DNA of 64,000 bases. Origin: Chiloscyllium plagiosum (Eukaryota). How positions within the stretch are numbered: the first letter of the stretch is position 1; each line of letters starts with the position of its first letter. Below the pieces are notes generated by a model, which did no database searches, was not told the DNA's origin, and saw nothing but the letters and a program-made list of their open reading frames with translations. The position numbers were made by a program, and so were the translations under genes. Location of the stretch: assembly GCF_004010195.1 (NCBI RefSeq), contig NC_057719.1, positions 26,571,537-26,635,536 on the forward strand, in the 5' to 3' direction. Shown piece by piece: positions 13,681-28,349 of the stretch.

Positions 13681-14119
13681 TTCCTTAACATTAAGCAACC
13701 AAAATATTCATGTGATCATGAAAAAAACGCTCAGAAGTACTGGAAATTAGTCTTGGTCTTATGGGTGGATTTGTCGTTGGAAAATTCAAGCTATTTCTAT
13801 CATTTTCATTTTTATTTTTATTCATTATATAAAATCATGTGAACGTCGTGTAAAACATAACCGCTGTAAAGTTTTTTTTTAGTATACAGAAACTAATGCT
13901 GGTTCAGTAATACAAGAATTTAAAAAAAAAACTTGAGGCAGACTTTGAATTATCAGATGTGCTTTAGTCAATTTAAACATTACAAGCTTGTTGCAAGCAT
14001 TCAGTATCATTATGTAATACCTCTGTGTTGGCCTTGTGTCTTTAGTCTATTAAAGCATTAAAGATATATGGAAGTGTTCAATCTCTATACTTGCAATTCG
14101 TCTGAATGACCAAACAAAA

Positions 14120-14530
14120 GGTTGAGGAGGGCATCTTGTGAGGGAAGATTTGACAAGCTAGGCTTAGATCCACTGGATTTTAGAAGAGCAAGAAGCAACT
14201 CAGTTTAAACCTACAGGCTATGACAAGGTAAATGCAGAAGGGATGTTTCCTGTTACTGGAGAATCTAGAGCTCGGGATTGCTGTTTAAAAGTCAGGGCTC
14301 TCCCATTTAAAACAGATTGGCCAACTTTTTTATTCATCCCTGACACTCGTGAAACTTCGGAACTCTTCCCGAAAAAGTGGTGGCACCGCAGCCTATGAAT
14401 ATTTTTAAGGTAGCGAGTGATTCTTATTGAGCAAGGGGTAACTTGGGAATATGGATTAGATATTACAATAAGATGAGCCATGATATAGAATGGAGCAGTT
14501 TCAAGGGGCTTAATGGCCTTGCTGGTCTGT
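14120..14530 (+). mobile_element. Old CR1 3' fragment
   Basis: Decayed CR1 ORF2 C-terminus and 3' UTR (agccatgatatagaatggagcag...ggggcttaatggcct). Confidence 0.65.
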
Positions 14531-15639
14531 CCACAACAAGCCCTTTTACTGTTCAGCATATGGTTCTGTGTTGCAAATTCACCAGGTTGGCATCTCACTG
14601 AGATATTCACATAGCATACTCTGCTATACCATTCAATGAACCTGTGTTGATCACCTGGCTAGATAGTAATGGTAGAGTGAGGGATATATCAGACCATGAC
14701 GTTATGGATTCTATTGCTGCTCTCAGCTTCTCATTAATGCCCAGTTTATACAAGCTATTCCATTGCCAATAATAGTAGTACCACATTGCATAATGGAGTA
14801 TAATAAAGCTAAGAACTGCAGATGGTGGAAATCTGAAACAAAAACAAATCGTTGGAAAATCCCGGCAAGTCTGGCAGCATCTGTGCAAAGAAAGCAGAGT
14901 TAATGTTTTGAGTCCGGTGACTCTTCAGAACATAATTGTCAGTCATGATTGTATGTGGAGAGGACTCGATGGGCCAAGTGGACTAATTTTTTTCCTCCTA
15001 TGTCTTGTGGTTTTATAATTGAGTCAGTTCTAAATATGAAGGAGGGATTTTGTTTCCACAAATGGCTTGTGTGGTGTTCACTCTGACCAGAACTATCCTG
15101 GAAAGATTTGCTTGACTGGTGAGAACCATGTGAAGTAGAATTTTATATCAATCGATTTATTTTTAATTTTTTTTTTCCCAAGTCAAGGCTTATATATTTC
15201 CAAGTTTGATGCAGCAATGTACAGCTCTATTTTGAGTTCTTGTAATTTAGCAATTTTTGGTGCTATTGAATATGCTTCACTTGATGAGATGCTATGTACC
15301 TGATGGAAGGCTGTTTGCCTTCTAGAAGACAATCTGTTAAGAATCTGTTCCAACTACAGCATCCACCCTTTCACAAACTATGACAGTTTATGCTTCCACT
15401 CTCCTATCTGGAAGTACATTGCAATTCTTTTCTTAATTTGTTTTGATGTAGGTGATCTATCTAAAATCAATGCTACTTGTCTGTCTCATGTTGTCCTGAG
15501 AACACCTTAGTCATCCACATTATCTAGAGTTGGAGTCACTTATAGGCCATATTGGATAGGGGTGATGGTCAGTGCAGAAGTTAAGCCAAATTATACTTGC
15601 ACTGCTAGTATGTACTAAAGTAAAAATGTAATCAGAATC

Positions 15640-15797
15640 TAGATTAGAGTGGTGCTGGAAAAGCACCACTCCTTCATTCCTGATGAAGGGCTTTTGCCCA
15701 AAACGTTGATTTTCCTGCTCCTTGGATGCTGCCTGACCTGCTGTGCTTTTCCAGCACCGCTCTGATCTCTAACATCTGCAGTCCTCACTTTTGCCTA
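15640..15797 (+). mobile_element. Penelope-like terminal fragment (older family A variant) with mutated hammerhead core
   Basis: cctgatgaagggcttttgcccaaaacgttg followed by ggatgctgcctgacctgctgtgcttttccagc...ctgcagtcctcacttt. Confidence 0.7.
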
Positions 15798-17871
15798 AAA
15801 ATTAGTTAACCCATTGCCATTTTCATCTAGTACTAAGTAGGATTACAACAAAAGTGAAAAGTTCAGCTAGACGGTTAGATTGTCATAGGTTAGCAATACA
15901 GATATTGAATGAAATGCTGCACATTTGCAGTATTTTTGTGTTTTAGTTTTCATCGTTGCAGGAATTTGTACTTTTGTTTTCTGGTTTGATATCCTGTTTG
16001 TTTTGAGTAATTGCAACATTGCCTCATTCTACTTGGTGCTGGTGTGGAGTCTGAGATTGGAGCAGAGAACAATAAAAACGCAGAAGAAATCACATGGGTA
16101 GTTTGGGTTGGCACTTTCCATTTGCTATTTTATAAAACCCTGAATCAAATTTGAGTGAAACTGAATGGGATGATGATGACTGTCCACAATGAGTGTAAAA
16201 TTACGTGGCTTGATTCTGCTTATTACAGAACAAGTTCTTTAGTTTTTGAGTAAGTGAATAAAGAAATGCTTATCCTATTTTAATCACTATTTGATTATGA
16301 CTTTTCATTTCATCTTCCTATAAGTTTAAATAACCTATTTTTTTCAAATCCATTAACCAAACAAACAAGATGGAAGCTTGCACAATTAATCTTCAAACAT
16401 TTTCTTCCTACCAGCTGCTGTTCCGGAGTAAACCATTCAATTATAAAATGAGTCCCTTAAGTGGCTAATGGTAACCTACTGTGGTAATGACAGGTTGTGA
16501 TCAGGCAAGTCCACAGTTAGCGATATTCGAGTACATTCCTGTGCTGGTACATCAATCACTTGCACTTTCACTGTGCAGAAAAAATCCATTGTATAATCAC
16601 TTTTAGAAGTGCTTAATTTTTTGACCTTCTCCTTTTGTTGGCAAGTTACTTTTATTTTGAAGAGGATATGATTTTAAGTATGGAAAATGTCAAAATGCAT
16701 TGATTTCTCTAAGTTGTGAGAAGTACAGTAGTACAGTGTAATAGTCATGGGCAGATTCATTGGAGTTTGTCAGGATGTGTTTGTTGGCTCTACTATATTA
16801 ATTTGGTAGGTCTCAATGCGTATTCGTATGTAAATTTGAGAATTTAAATACATAAACCATTTCAAACATATGCAGCTTTAAACATGTTTCTGATTCTACA
16901 GCCTGAAATAAAACATTTGAAGTGGATTTGATTTCTGATAAAATTTTGGGTTTCTTTCAGTTAAATCACTTGTTTGGTTAGCCTCCATCCAATCTATAGA
17001 GTAGAAAGACATGTTAACTGGACATAATTATCTCTGAGAAAAGTCTCTTGTAGATAAACTAAGCAGCTGCAGTTATAAGCTGTGAATGAGTCGTCATATG
17101 CAATGAAGTATGGTTGTACTGTGCTCAGTAATTACTTGTTTGGCAGCTGTTTCTTCAACTTTTTTATGCATTGAAATCAGTAAAACTGAGTTTATTGATA
17201 AACTCAATGTTTAATTTTTATCTTCCATTCAGAGCAGAACAAATTATGATTTAATGTTCAAATTACATATTAGAATTTTTGGGTAACTATGCATAATTTG
17301 AATGTCAATGGCACAGTTGAATATAGAAATTGAGTTACACTCATATTTCTGAAGAAATTTTAACCTTGCTTCAATTTCCTTCCCAGTTTGTTTTCTTCCT
17401 CTGCAATCCACATCTGTTTACGATACAGTACCTTCAACTATGATTCTTGACTGTTTTGTTATGGCAGGCCATTTGATTAGAGTCTAGCTTTTTTCAGTTG
17501 TTACCTACCATTTATACATTTGCATTTCAATAGAAGTGAACCAGCTTTTCTCTTCACTCTCTATTTTAGGAATTCAGTGGCTACTTAGCAGAGTACTACT
17601 GTCAAATTAAATGACAGAAGGTTTGAGGGGCTGAATGAGTTCTTCCATATTCACATGCAAGGCTGGAGTTAATTCGCAATATAGAACCTAGATCAAACTT
17701 GGGTTGTTAAGGTGATGCAGAAATTTAATGATCACTGAGCAGTTTGTTTCTTTATGGAGCAATGTTTTTATTTGAGGAATTTTCTCTCTTTTTTTTGTCC
17801 TCTAGCATTCTTGGCCACCAACTCTCCAGCACTGATGTGTAGGAAAAGTAGACAAATCAGTATCTCTCAAT

Positions 17872-19105
17872 ACCATAAGGTAGAGTAGCAGAAATAGGCC
17901 ATTCAGCCCATCAGGTTGGTCTGCCATTCAATCATAGCTGATATGTTTCTCAACACCATTCTTCTGCCTTCTCCCTGTAACCCTTACTAAGCAAGAATCG
18001 ATTTATCTCTGTTTTAAATACGCTCAACAATTTGGCCTCCAGTGTCCTCTGTGGCAATGAGTTCCATTGTCTGGCTGAAGAAATTCCTCCTCATTGCAGT
18101 TCTAAAGGGTCATCCCTTCACCCTGGGTCCTAATATCTTCTTCTAGTAAAAGTATATTTTCTCCCTGTCCACTCCATCCAGATCTCTCCGTATTCTCACC
18201 TTCAATGAGATCCATTTCCCCCCATCATCTTTTTGAACTGAGTACAGACCCAGATTCTTCAACCGCTCATCATATAAGCCCTTCATCCCAGGATTATTCT
18301 TGGAAACTTCCTGTGAGCTGCCTCCGAGTCTAGAACATCCTCCCTTCGACTGGGGCCCAATACTGCTCACAATATTCCAAATACAGTCTGACCCAAACCA
18401 TCTGCAGCCTCAGCCGTACATCTCTGCTCTTATTTTCTAGCTGTCTTGAAATGCATGCACATTGCCTTTGCCTTCCTCAGCACCAACTGAACCTGCATGT
18501 TAACTGTAAGAAAGTTCTGAACTAGGACTCCCAAGTCCCTTTGCACTTGAGATTTATGAAATCTTTCCCCATTTAGAAAATAGTCTACACATCATCTTAC
18601 CAAAATGTATAACCTCTTACTTTGCCACACTTGTATGTCATCTGCCAGTTCTTTGCCCACTCATCCAGCATGCCTGAGGCCTTCTGCAGCCTCTCCTCTT
18701 CCTCCTATCTTAGTGTCTCCTACGAACTTAGCAACAATGCCCTCAGTTCCTTCATCCAGATCATTAATGTGTAACGTAAATAGCTGTGGTCTCAACACTG
18801 ATCCCTGTGGAACTCCACTGGTCATTAGGTGCAATCCTGAAAAAAGATCCCTTTTATTTCTGGCTGTCTGCAAGAAGCCCAGTCCTCTATCCATTCCAGT
18901 TCCTTGCCCCTAATGCTGTGAGCTCTTATTTTAGAAGCCTCTCATGCAGCATCTTGTCAAAGACCTTCTGTGAATCCAAATAGATCATGTCCAATAGCTG
19001 TCCTTTGTCTAACTTGCTCATTACCTCTCAAAATTCAAACAGATTTGTCAGGCATGACTTCCTCTTGACAGAGCTGAGCTGACTCTGCCATATTTTATTA
19101 TGCAC
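17872..19105 (-). mobile_element. CR1 LINE RT/3' fragment
   Basis: ORF 18661-18894 SGVPQGSVLRPQLFTLHINDLDEG...KFVGDTKIGG; CR1 3' tail near 17875. Confidence 0.88.
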
Positions 19106-21281
19106 TTTCAGAACCGTTCTGAAGGAGGGTCACTGGACCTGAAATATAAACTGTTTTCTCTCCATAAATGCTGCCAAATCTGAGTTTTTCCAGCAATTTG
19201 ATTTTTGTTTTTAAATCCCATTGCTCTCCCACAACATCTGATTGCTTTTATTAATATGCCAAATTGTATTTCTTGAGTTCAAATTCCCTCTCATGATAAA
19301 TTCTGTCTGCTGTAATTTTTTCAGCTTGCTATTTGTCTTATCAAATGATATTTCTTCAACGATGGCAGGGAAGTGTAAAAGTGCTGATTGATGTTTTGCC
19401 AATGTTTTGGCTGAAATCCATGAACTCTGTCAAGATCAGTGATTACATTGTGAATATTCTGTTTAATACTGTAGCTTAGCCATCTTTATTCCAGCCCCCT
19501 CTTTTATATAATGAACGTAAAACCATATATAATCCTCATTAATGCTCACAGATTAAGCACCTAGTTATTAACTTTGACTAACAAGGGAAGGTTGGGTGTT
19601 TTACCTCAGCTGTTTAAAAAAGCTTTTATAGAGTTCTTTGTATGATAACAACAGGCACTCACTGATTTTAGAACAACATGGGATTAAGTTGTAGTTTCAT
19701 TGCATGTAATTAAAGGTTCAGAAATGTTACTGAAGCTTGTGTACAATACATATCATTTAATTGTAAACATTTGTTGCTATTGGTTGCATCTTATAGGATG
19801 TATGGTGAAAAGAATGGTTTGCAATATTGATAATATACCCAGTCTAAGGGAGGATGTTCTAGACTCTGAGGCAGCGCACAGGAAGTTTCCAAGAATAATC
19901 CTGGGATGAAGGGCAGTTGAAGAATCTGGGTCTGTACTCAGAGTTTAAAAAGATGATGGCGGGGAAATGGATCTCATTGTTTGTTGGTCAAGTGCACAGT
20001 GGGGTAATCTTTCAAGCAGCAGGTAATTGTGGAGACTTACATTAGATAGCAGTGCAATTTGTGTAGAATTTCACTGCTTGTCTGTTTTGCTATATGTTTG
20101 GAATAATGAGTATCAATGTTTAAATAATTCACAGATATAGTAAATTTGGGCTCTGCTACCCAAATCCTCTTGTTTAGCGGTGATAATCTCACTTTCAAAA
20201 TGTCTGCATTTATGGCTTAGAGCTTTGACTGGAATGGTGCTACATGGCAAGAAATGCCACTTGCAATTTCATTTCATTACAACACCCATCATATTAATGT
20301 AGGCATCCAAGATCAGTGAATAAAATGGGTAATAAGTCTTACTAGATTTATTGCAATATGCTAAGTTAACATCTATTTGAAGCCCTCCACAATATTGGGT
20401 TGCTGTGAAATACGCCAGTACTGAAAAACCTGCATGTGACTTTCGAGAAGCTATTGAAGGCTGCAATCAACAACTTCAATTTTGTATACAGAGCTGGCAG
20501 GAGCAAGAGTACTCCTGACCTTATGTCAAAACCACTAGGACTTGTTACATCCAGGCTGAATTTGGTTTTAAAATAATTGGAAGGGTCAACAAATAATTTT
20601 AACTAATATATTAGTATTTCATAACTATTGTTAAGCTTATGACAAAATGCATTGTAAGGCTTACTATTTAAAACCAAGTGTAGCATAAGGTACTACAATG
20701 TTTGAGCATTACAGTTGTGAAATAAGCCCACTTGTCACTCCTTGTTCACTTCTCAATTCACTGGGGTAGCAGCCCAGAGAGCTGCTACATTGTGGCCCAG
20801 GTGGAATTCTTCAATACTATCAACAGAGAACATGAGCAGGTAGTAGCCTGGGTGCTGTCTACCCTAGGAAATCAAAAGTAAGTATGTTTAGCTCTAGACA
20901 TTGGTAAATGTATGATTCACAGATGCTAATATGATTTGGAGAGAGAAAATTTTAAGTTGATTAGTGGGGAATTTTCTCCAGTTCCAGTTGTGTAGTGAAT
21001 TAAAAAAAAACTTGTGTACTATGGTGTTTCATTGAAATCAAAGTATTGAAGCTGAATGAAATAATATAGAAGGTAAAGAAATCAAAATACAAGAATTGTT
21101 CCGGTCAGTGGCAGAGGCCATATTGGGTTGCTTGTCATTTTCTTTTAGATTCAAAACAACTTGGATTTGACAACACCTAACTTGAAAGGCATTGCTAATC
21201 ATCATTTTATGTTGTCATGTCTGCCCTCTTATGACTGAATGTTGAAATAACATCTGTATACATTTTGTTTGAGTTCCATAC

Positions 21282-21610
21282 AGAGTCAGAGTCAGAGTCA
21301 TAGAGATGTACAGCATGGAAACTGACTCTTCGGTCCAAGCCATCCATGCCGACCAGATATCCCAACCCAATCTAGTCCCACCTGGCCCATATCCCTCCAA
21401 ACCCTATTCATATACCCATCCAAATGCCTCTTAAATGTTGCAATTGTACCAGCCTCCACCACTTCCTCTGGCAGCCCACTCCATACCCACACCACCCTCT
21501 GTGGAAAAAGTTGCCCCCTAGGTCTCCTTTATATCTTTCCCCTCTCACCCTAAACCTATCCCCATCTAGTTCTGGATTCCGTCACCCCAGGGAAAAGACT
21601 TTACCTATTG
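21282..21610 (-). mobile_element. CR1 (HER1-like) 3' end, heavily 5'-truncated
   Basis: (agagtc)3 tail and close match to 6140-6470. Confidence 0.9.
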
Positions 21611-22077
21611 TATGGCAGAGGATAAAGCAGTTAATAGAATATCACAGGGAACTGGTTTTTGGGAAACATTACTTTAGAATGTTACTTGTAGTCCCACTAT
21701 TAAATGTTTTGAGTAAAGCTTGTGAATTTTAACATAGAATTTAAGCCCACCTTTTGGTGGGGAAGGGAGACTGAAGAGAGCATGTTAATTTTGAACAGTG
21801 GAAGTAAGCTGGATGTTCATAGACTTATTTTTTTGCTCTGTAGGTACAAGGTTCAGATACACTCAGTATTTGACTGAGCTAACTGGTATACCACCCTAGA
21901 ATTATCTTACTGAATTTCTTTTCTGATTTGTTTGATTAGGATGCTAACATGCTTGCACTAATAAAAATTGTTTTGAAATTCAAGCTGTTCAAAAATGAAA
22001 ATATTAGTGCGCTCAACTGGGCAAATTGCTAATAACCACTCATTCTAAATTTAGTTTGTTTCTCACCCCTCTTCCAG

Positions 22078-22274
22078 ACGTTTCCACGACTGAAAAGGCA
22101 CTGCTCTTCCAGAAGAAATTGCATCAGTGCTGCGTTGTATTTGACTTCATGGATTCATTATCAGATCTTAAAATGAAGGAGTACAAGCGCTCTACCCTTA
22201 GTGAACTGGTGGACTATGTTGCAGTAGGTCGAGGAATCTTGACAGAACAGACATACCCTGAAGTAGTTAAAATG
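22078..22274 (+). CDS. PPP2R5E: PP2A B56 epsilon-type regulatory subunit, internal coding exon (197 nt)
   Basis: ttccag|ACGTTT...AAAATG|gtaaat; encodes (D)[77 protein letters not shown] is characteristic of epsilon among B56 proteins. Confidence 0.93.
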
Positions 22275-25200
22275 GTAAATGCTTGCCCTACAAACCGTCA
22301 TGACCTATCTGTTTTCTTTTGAGTTTAACCTCTCCTGCATCTTGTCCTCTCTTTTCCTTACCATTGTTGGCATGACACCCGCCATAAAGGACCTACTCTG
22401 AAATACCCTTCCTGATCTGTCTGATGCTTCTCCTTCCTTGGCGGTATCCTTACAAGATTTCTTTAACCAAGTTTTTGGTTAGCCCTCCAGATCTTACCTT
22501 TTACCTTGGTACGATCTTTACCTTTACCTGGGATGTGCAATGGGATGTTTTTCTACATAGTTTCTTAAAGTTGGGAGTTTTAAATTGTCTAACTCGTTTT
22601 TGGCTCTCCATTTGCTACAATACATCTACAACTGTCAAATCAATTCAATTTCTCCATTACTTCCGTGTTTGATACCTTCAACTCCAGTAAAACCCTTAAA
22701 TTCATCTTCTACCCACTGTTTTGGCTCCCTTAAATCTAAGGAGCACAAACTTGAATGTATGTGGTGTACAAGAGGTTTACTAATTTGCTACCTTAACGAG
22801 ATGACATTCCCGCCTCCAGCATCTTCTCAGAGTAATGGAGCACTGAAGAAGCCATTCAGCCTGCTGAGTCTGCACTGCTTTTTGAAGAAATCTAGTTAAT
22901 CCCTCTGGCCACCTCTCACTGCCCCCCCCCCCAAAAAAAAAATCTTGCAACTTGATTTCTCTATCAAGGATTTATAAAGTAATTTACTTAAATATCAGAA
23001 CATAACTTTATTTTTGTAAATAAACTTTTTTCATTCTTTCTGATGTATAATTATATCAGTTATTTACAAAAATCTTGGCAAAACATCAAATCAAAAATTT
23101 CAACTTGTTCCCCATTGCACTGTTTTTCACACTGAGTTCCAGAGAAATAACTCTCCTTTCTCAGCTTTTTTAAATCATTGGTTAATTGACACTTACCAGT
23201 TTCTTTCCCTTGAACTGTTAAGACCATTTTCTTACTACAGTAAATCCTCAGTATCAGTGAAATCATGAATTAGCCTATCCATGCCAATAAGTTAATAACA
23301 AAAATCAATACCTGTGGAAAAAAAATCACATCTGCGATATTTTTAACCATTTCATCGTATCTTTAATGAACTTTGTACTTGCGAGTTTCATCATTCATAA
23401 GGGTTCGCGGGAGGGGGGGGGGGGGGGGGGCATGGATTTCTTTCTATATTTGACTGTATTTCTTTGAGTCTGTTGCCATGAACCCTTCTAAGCTCTGATG
23501 TCCAAAACCTTTCTGTTGCAGCAATTTGAAGAGTTCTGTCCAAATTCTCATAGCTCTGCAGATTATAAACCATTTCTGCTGAGGTGAATGGTGCCCTTAA
23601 GCTGATTTGATTTCACCCCTAAATTCTGAATTCAACTCTAGGTTATTCTGAATTAAAACTTTGAACCTTCTGTTCTAAAGTTGAAACTAAATTAATTGCC
23701 TTAAACTAATGTGTTTAATACTCCACCATTTGTCGCCCCAACAATATTTTATCCATTTAATGCTGCAAGTGTTCTCTCAGGTATGACACTACTGTCACAT
23801 GCTTTCTTGGAACTGATGTATTTAGGTCACATCTCCAAATTTATTTAATTAAACTTTATCAGAAGTAACCTTCTAAAAGTAATAATGCATTAGACAGCTT
23901 TCGTCATGCACCTCATAGGGATTATGGATGGATTGATTGTTAAAGTAGATTGGGGAAAGTAAGTGACCATTGACTGAGAGATTTTCAGTACCCTATCATT
24001 GGTCCTTCATTTTTCATCCTTAAGTTTGTTGGTGACAGTAAAATTGATGCCCAGTTCCACTGGTGCAATGGCACCCAACTCTACCTTGCAACTGTATTCT
24101 TGACTCCACTTCTTAGTGTTGTCAGCTTTCTTATCTGATAGTCCTGTATGAGTTGCAATTTTCTACAACTAAACTTTGGCAGGAACTGATCTTGAGCTAC
24201 ATCTTCTGTCAAAAGCTCTTGTTCCACTGCAAAGACTTCATCTCCATAAGCTCACTTATCTCCATTCCAGCTCAACATACCTGCTCCTGGAACTCTAAAC
24301 TATGCTTTTGTTACATACATACTCAGTTATTTAATTGCTCTTTTAGGTGTGACTCATGCGATTGCCTTTTATAAATGGACTCATTACTCTGCGCTCATTA
24401 TCCTGAAATGGACTGAGTTTCCTGGTTTATCACTCTGGCATAAACTGACATACATAAATGTCTCAATTTTAGCTATAATTCTCTTGTTCAAAATCCCCCT
24501 TCTTTTCTACCTCGATACTGCCAATTTTCCATGAAATTGAAACTCTTCCTGTTGTTCTTTATTACCAACTCCAACTCAAGGATTTTGTCACACCACTGAT
24601 GCCCATACCTGCAATCATATAGGCCGTTGTCACTGGATAACTCTTCTCTTGGCATTCACCTTTTTCCCCCTCTTGTAAGACCACCTTTTGGTTAAGCTTT
24701 TAGTATCTTGCCCCAATGTTTCCTTTGGCTCAGTGACAAATTTTGACAGGTTTAACTCCCTGTAAAATACTTTCATATGTTTTCCAACGTTGAAAGAACA
24801 AATAAGTTTAAGTTTTTAGTCAATTGCCACTTTGCTCTATTGTATAATATGTTGCTGAGGGGATAGCGTTGCTTAATTTTTTTTAAACTTATCCTGAAAG
24901 TGCTTTGACATGACTGCACGAATGCCTGCAGCTCTCCCGTAACCTGTCCTAAGTCGTGGTTCTCCGGGAATACTCCCAAACAGTAACTGTTGGGAATCGA
25001 TTTCCATGGCGGGCATTTCAGTTGATCTCCTGGTCTTCATATATACATTTTCAATGGAGTCAATTGAATATCAATAGGAATAAGAATTTTGATTACTCTT
25101 TACTCTGTCTAATCCAGGCATTTGAACCAAATTAGTTAATTGAATGTAGATAGGGATTTGAACCAATTTGGTCATGGTCCATTTATGTTGGTACCACACT

Positions 25201-27111
25201 CGTGGTGCTTTTACGTAGACAAAGTGGTTAAGTTTATAAAATGACTTTTTTGAAAGTTTTTTTTTGGAATGCTTTTTAATTCCTGGTTGAAGTCATTCTC
25301 TGGTTTAGAAATGCAAAGTTCTTTTTTGAGTTGTCAGTCTGAGCATGAGTTTATTTTTGTTACTACTTAAGCTGCATAAATTTACTTGATAGTAAATAAA
25401 AAGTAGCAGTGAACTAGAAGATTGTAACTATTTGAAGTACATGTATACCTTTAAAGATCAAAAACCTCAGGTACAGAATTCTAGAGCATTGATACATTTG
25501 CTTTGTTTATTTACATTAGGAGTCGCAGCCCACCCACTACCTATCTGGCTAAATATTTACATGGTTTGATCTACACAGTGAGAAAACAAATCAAATGACA
25601 AATGTTTGCTGCTATTGCTTTATATGTTAATTCAAATTGTAGTGAACACATTGTGTTTTTTAAATTGCTCAACACACATTTCTGGAGAAGGTAATTTTAA
25701 ATTTGCAGTAATAGATTGAAGTCTTTTGGAGTGGATCTTTAACAGTGTTCTAAAAGTTAATTTTTTATTTTGTATGAAACTGTTCGATTGTCTTCAAAAT
25801 TCTGGTGTATAATGCTGGTGTGTACAAAGCTAAGGAGATTACCTCTGGCATGCATTAGAAGTGAAGTAGTGAACTCAGTCATGGTTATAGAGCACCGAAA
25901 CAGACCCTTGGTCCAACTTGACAATGTCACCCAGAGATCCTAAATTAATCTAGTCCCATTTAACAGTATTCCTTTAGTGTTAATGTAGCTTTGACTTAAA
26001 TAAGCAGTCTAAAAGTTGTCTTCTGTGTCACATATTTTGATCAACACCATTGTGCATTTCCAATCCTGTTATACTAGTTTTTCACTATTTGTATCCCATG
26101 ATCAAGTGAGCTGCACTATTTCACTTGAGTATTATTTCCACATGCAGCGGTGAATGTTGTTGGATGATTACAATATTTGAAAATTACTTAGACTTAATTT
26201 TCGCATCACCAGCAAGACCAACACTTAAAAGCCATTCCTAACTGCATTTGAGAAGATGATGGTAAAACCCTTTGTTGAACCATTGCAGTTCACGTAGTGA
26301 GGGTGCTTTCACAAAGGTGTCGGATTGGGTTGAAGAATTTTGACTTTGTGCTTGTGAAGGCTTATAATAAATGTCCAGGATGGGGAATTGTGTCACTTAA
26401 AAGTGATGCTGTATCTATGCACCAGCTGACCTGTTTTTCTGGGTGATAGAAGCCATGGGTTTGAAAGACACTCCCAAAGAATCCTGGGAAGATTGATATA
26501 GTGCATCCAGTTGATAGCATCCAAACTGATCTTGTCTTCATCTCGGCATCTCTAGTTCATTTTTTACTTTCATCCAAAATTTTCTTTAGACAATCTACAT
26601 TTCTTTGTTTTCTTTTTATATTTTCTCTTTCTTGAGAGACATGTACTGTTTAGCATGAAAATTGCTTGTTGTTGAGGGTGAAGGATGGCAATGCACTATG
26701 TAATGGTACACCCATTTTATGCATTAATACATCTACCTGGTTGCAGTCTACCTAGGCACTTCAATCCAAGCGCTATGAGTAAATCAGATATATTTGATCA
26801 GAAAAACCTGACATAAAACTGTCAGAAAAACAATGAATATCTAAATATGGGTTTATACTTGGTATTCGCTGAGTTTCCCACAAGTACTTTATTCTCAACA
26901 GTTGAACTGTCTCATGAATTCTTTCCATGATTTTCTGTTGGCTGTGATTTTCAATGCACCATTCATTTTCCCTGTATTACATGGAATTTTGAGGAACTTA
27001 TTGAAATAGTTGCACAGCATGTTGTCAATACATAACTCTTAATCCGAGTGCATTGGATGGGTTTGGAAGGAGACAATTCAGCATTTAATTTTGTACTCTA
27101 TCTTGTTATAG

Positions 27112-27213
27112 GTTTCTTTCAATATATTTAGGACCCTTCCACCTTCAGAATCTTCAGAGTTTGATCCAGAAGAAGATGAACCAGTGCTTGAAGCAGCCTG
27201 GCCTCATTTACAG
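27112..27213 (+). CDS. PPP2R5E: B56 epsilon-type coding exon (102 nt)
   Basis: ttatag|GTTTCT...TTACAG|gtgaac; [34 protein letters not shown] with the B56 EFDPEEDEP acidic loop. Confidence 0.95.
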
Positions 27214-28349
27214 GTGAACATTGCATGCTCAGAAGTAAAATAGCTGGTTAATATGCTTTACTTATTAAAGCATTTTGGTAATCTGTAATATTATAATAGA
27301 TCACATTTGGACAGTAACCTGAAATGGAAGTTGGCCTTGTGCATACCTGAGAAAGCAGGAGAGTTTTGCAACTTGGAAAAATCAAGCGGTGCACATTTTT
27401 AGCTATGGCAGACATAATTTTTTGAAGCAGTGAGGTTGTTTCTTTGAGACAGTGTGGCACAGGGGTTTATGTGAAAGAACCAATGGCCTAACAACGGCCG
27501 TCAGATTGGTCGAGCTGCAGTTTTGCTGCGAAGCTGTCCTGTTGAGCAGCTGAAGTCCACCAGAGGCGATGAACTGAAAGCATCTCTCCCCTTTTCCCAG
27601 TGTGAGGGAATTGACCAAAAACCCAAGAAAGAAGTCTTTGTTTTAATCTAACAAAAGACCTCTGTTTGGCAGATCAGCAATCAGTGAAGAATGACCATTG
27701 CCTTACTGGTAGCATTGTGTTATCAGTGCCGCAAATAGCTGTGTAAAAGATTTTAATTTGCCCATGAAAACTAGACTTTGTATTTTGCCTTACCCTGTCT
27801 ATATTCTCTGTTCATCTGTAATGTGTATTAAACTATCTGTCTTAATCATGACTGTGTGTATTTGGGTCTTTTGGAGGAGTATGATTTAAATTTTTAAAAA
27901 GTATTAGATTAGAAATCCTTGCTTTTCTCTGCCACTGTTAAATGTGTTCCAATATATTCTGTCAATGATATAACCTGGTATAAATTTCCTTTGTCCTGCA
28001 TAGCAGTCAGACCAGCAAAATTATCATCTTAGTGGTCGAATTGAGATTTTGTTTTGTATGTTTATCCATGGTTTGTCAAACCGTGGGGCATGTCTATCAG
28101 TAAACTGTTCCCAGCTCAGTTGTAAAAATAGTTTGGGAGTCTTGCTGCTGGGTATTTGAATGAGTGCAGATTGGATTTTGAGTAAAGGTAATTGGTAATG
28201 GATAAAAGGACAGATGCCAGGTTTCTTATACTCAAGATGGCATTGAAGATAGCTTAAACCGTCCTGCTGGAAGAGGTATCAGTGATAAATATAAAGGAAG
28301 TAACAAAAGCCAGACAGATGTAATGAACATATAAATCAGAAATAGAATT

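Noticed and set aside
1..22077. First coding exon or promoter of the B56 gene
   Set aside because: No sequence resembling the N-terminal DGFSRKS..SQFR exon and no CpG island seen by eye; probably upstream of the window.
23408..23430. G homopolymer run as a G-quadruplex or polyproline ORF
   Set aside because: Simple intronic homopolymer of unreliable length; similar C runs at about 6024 and 22922.
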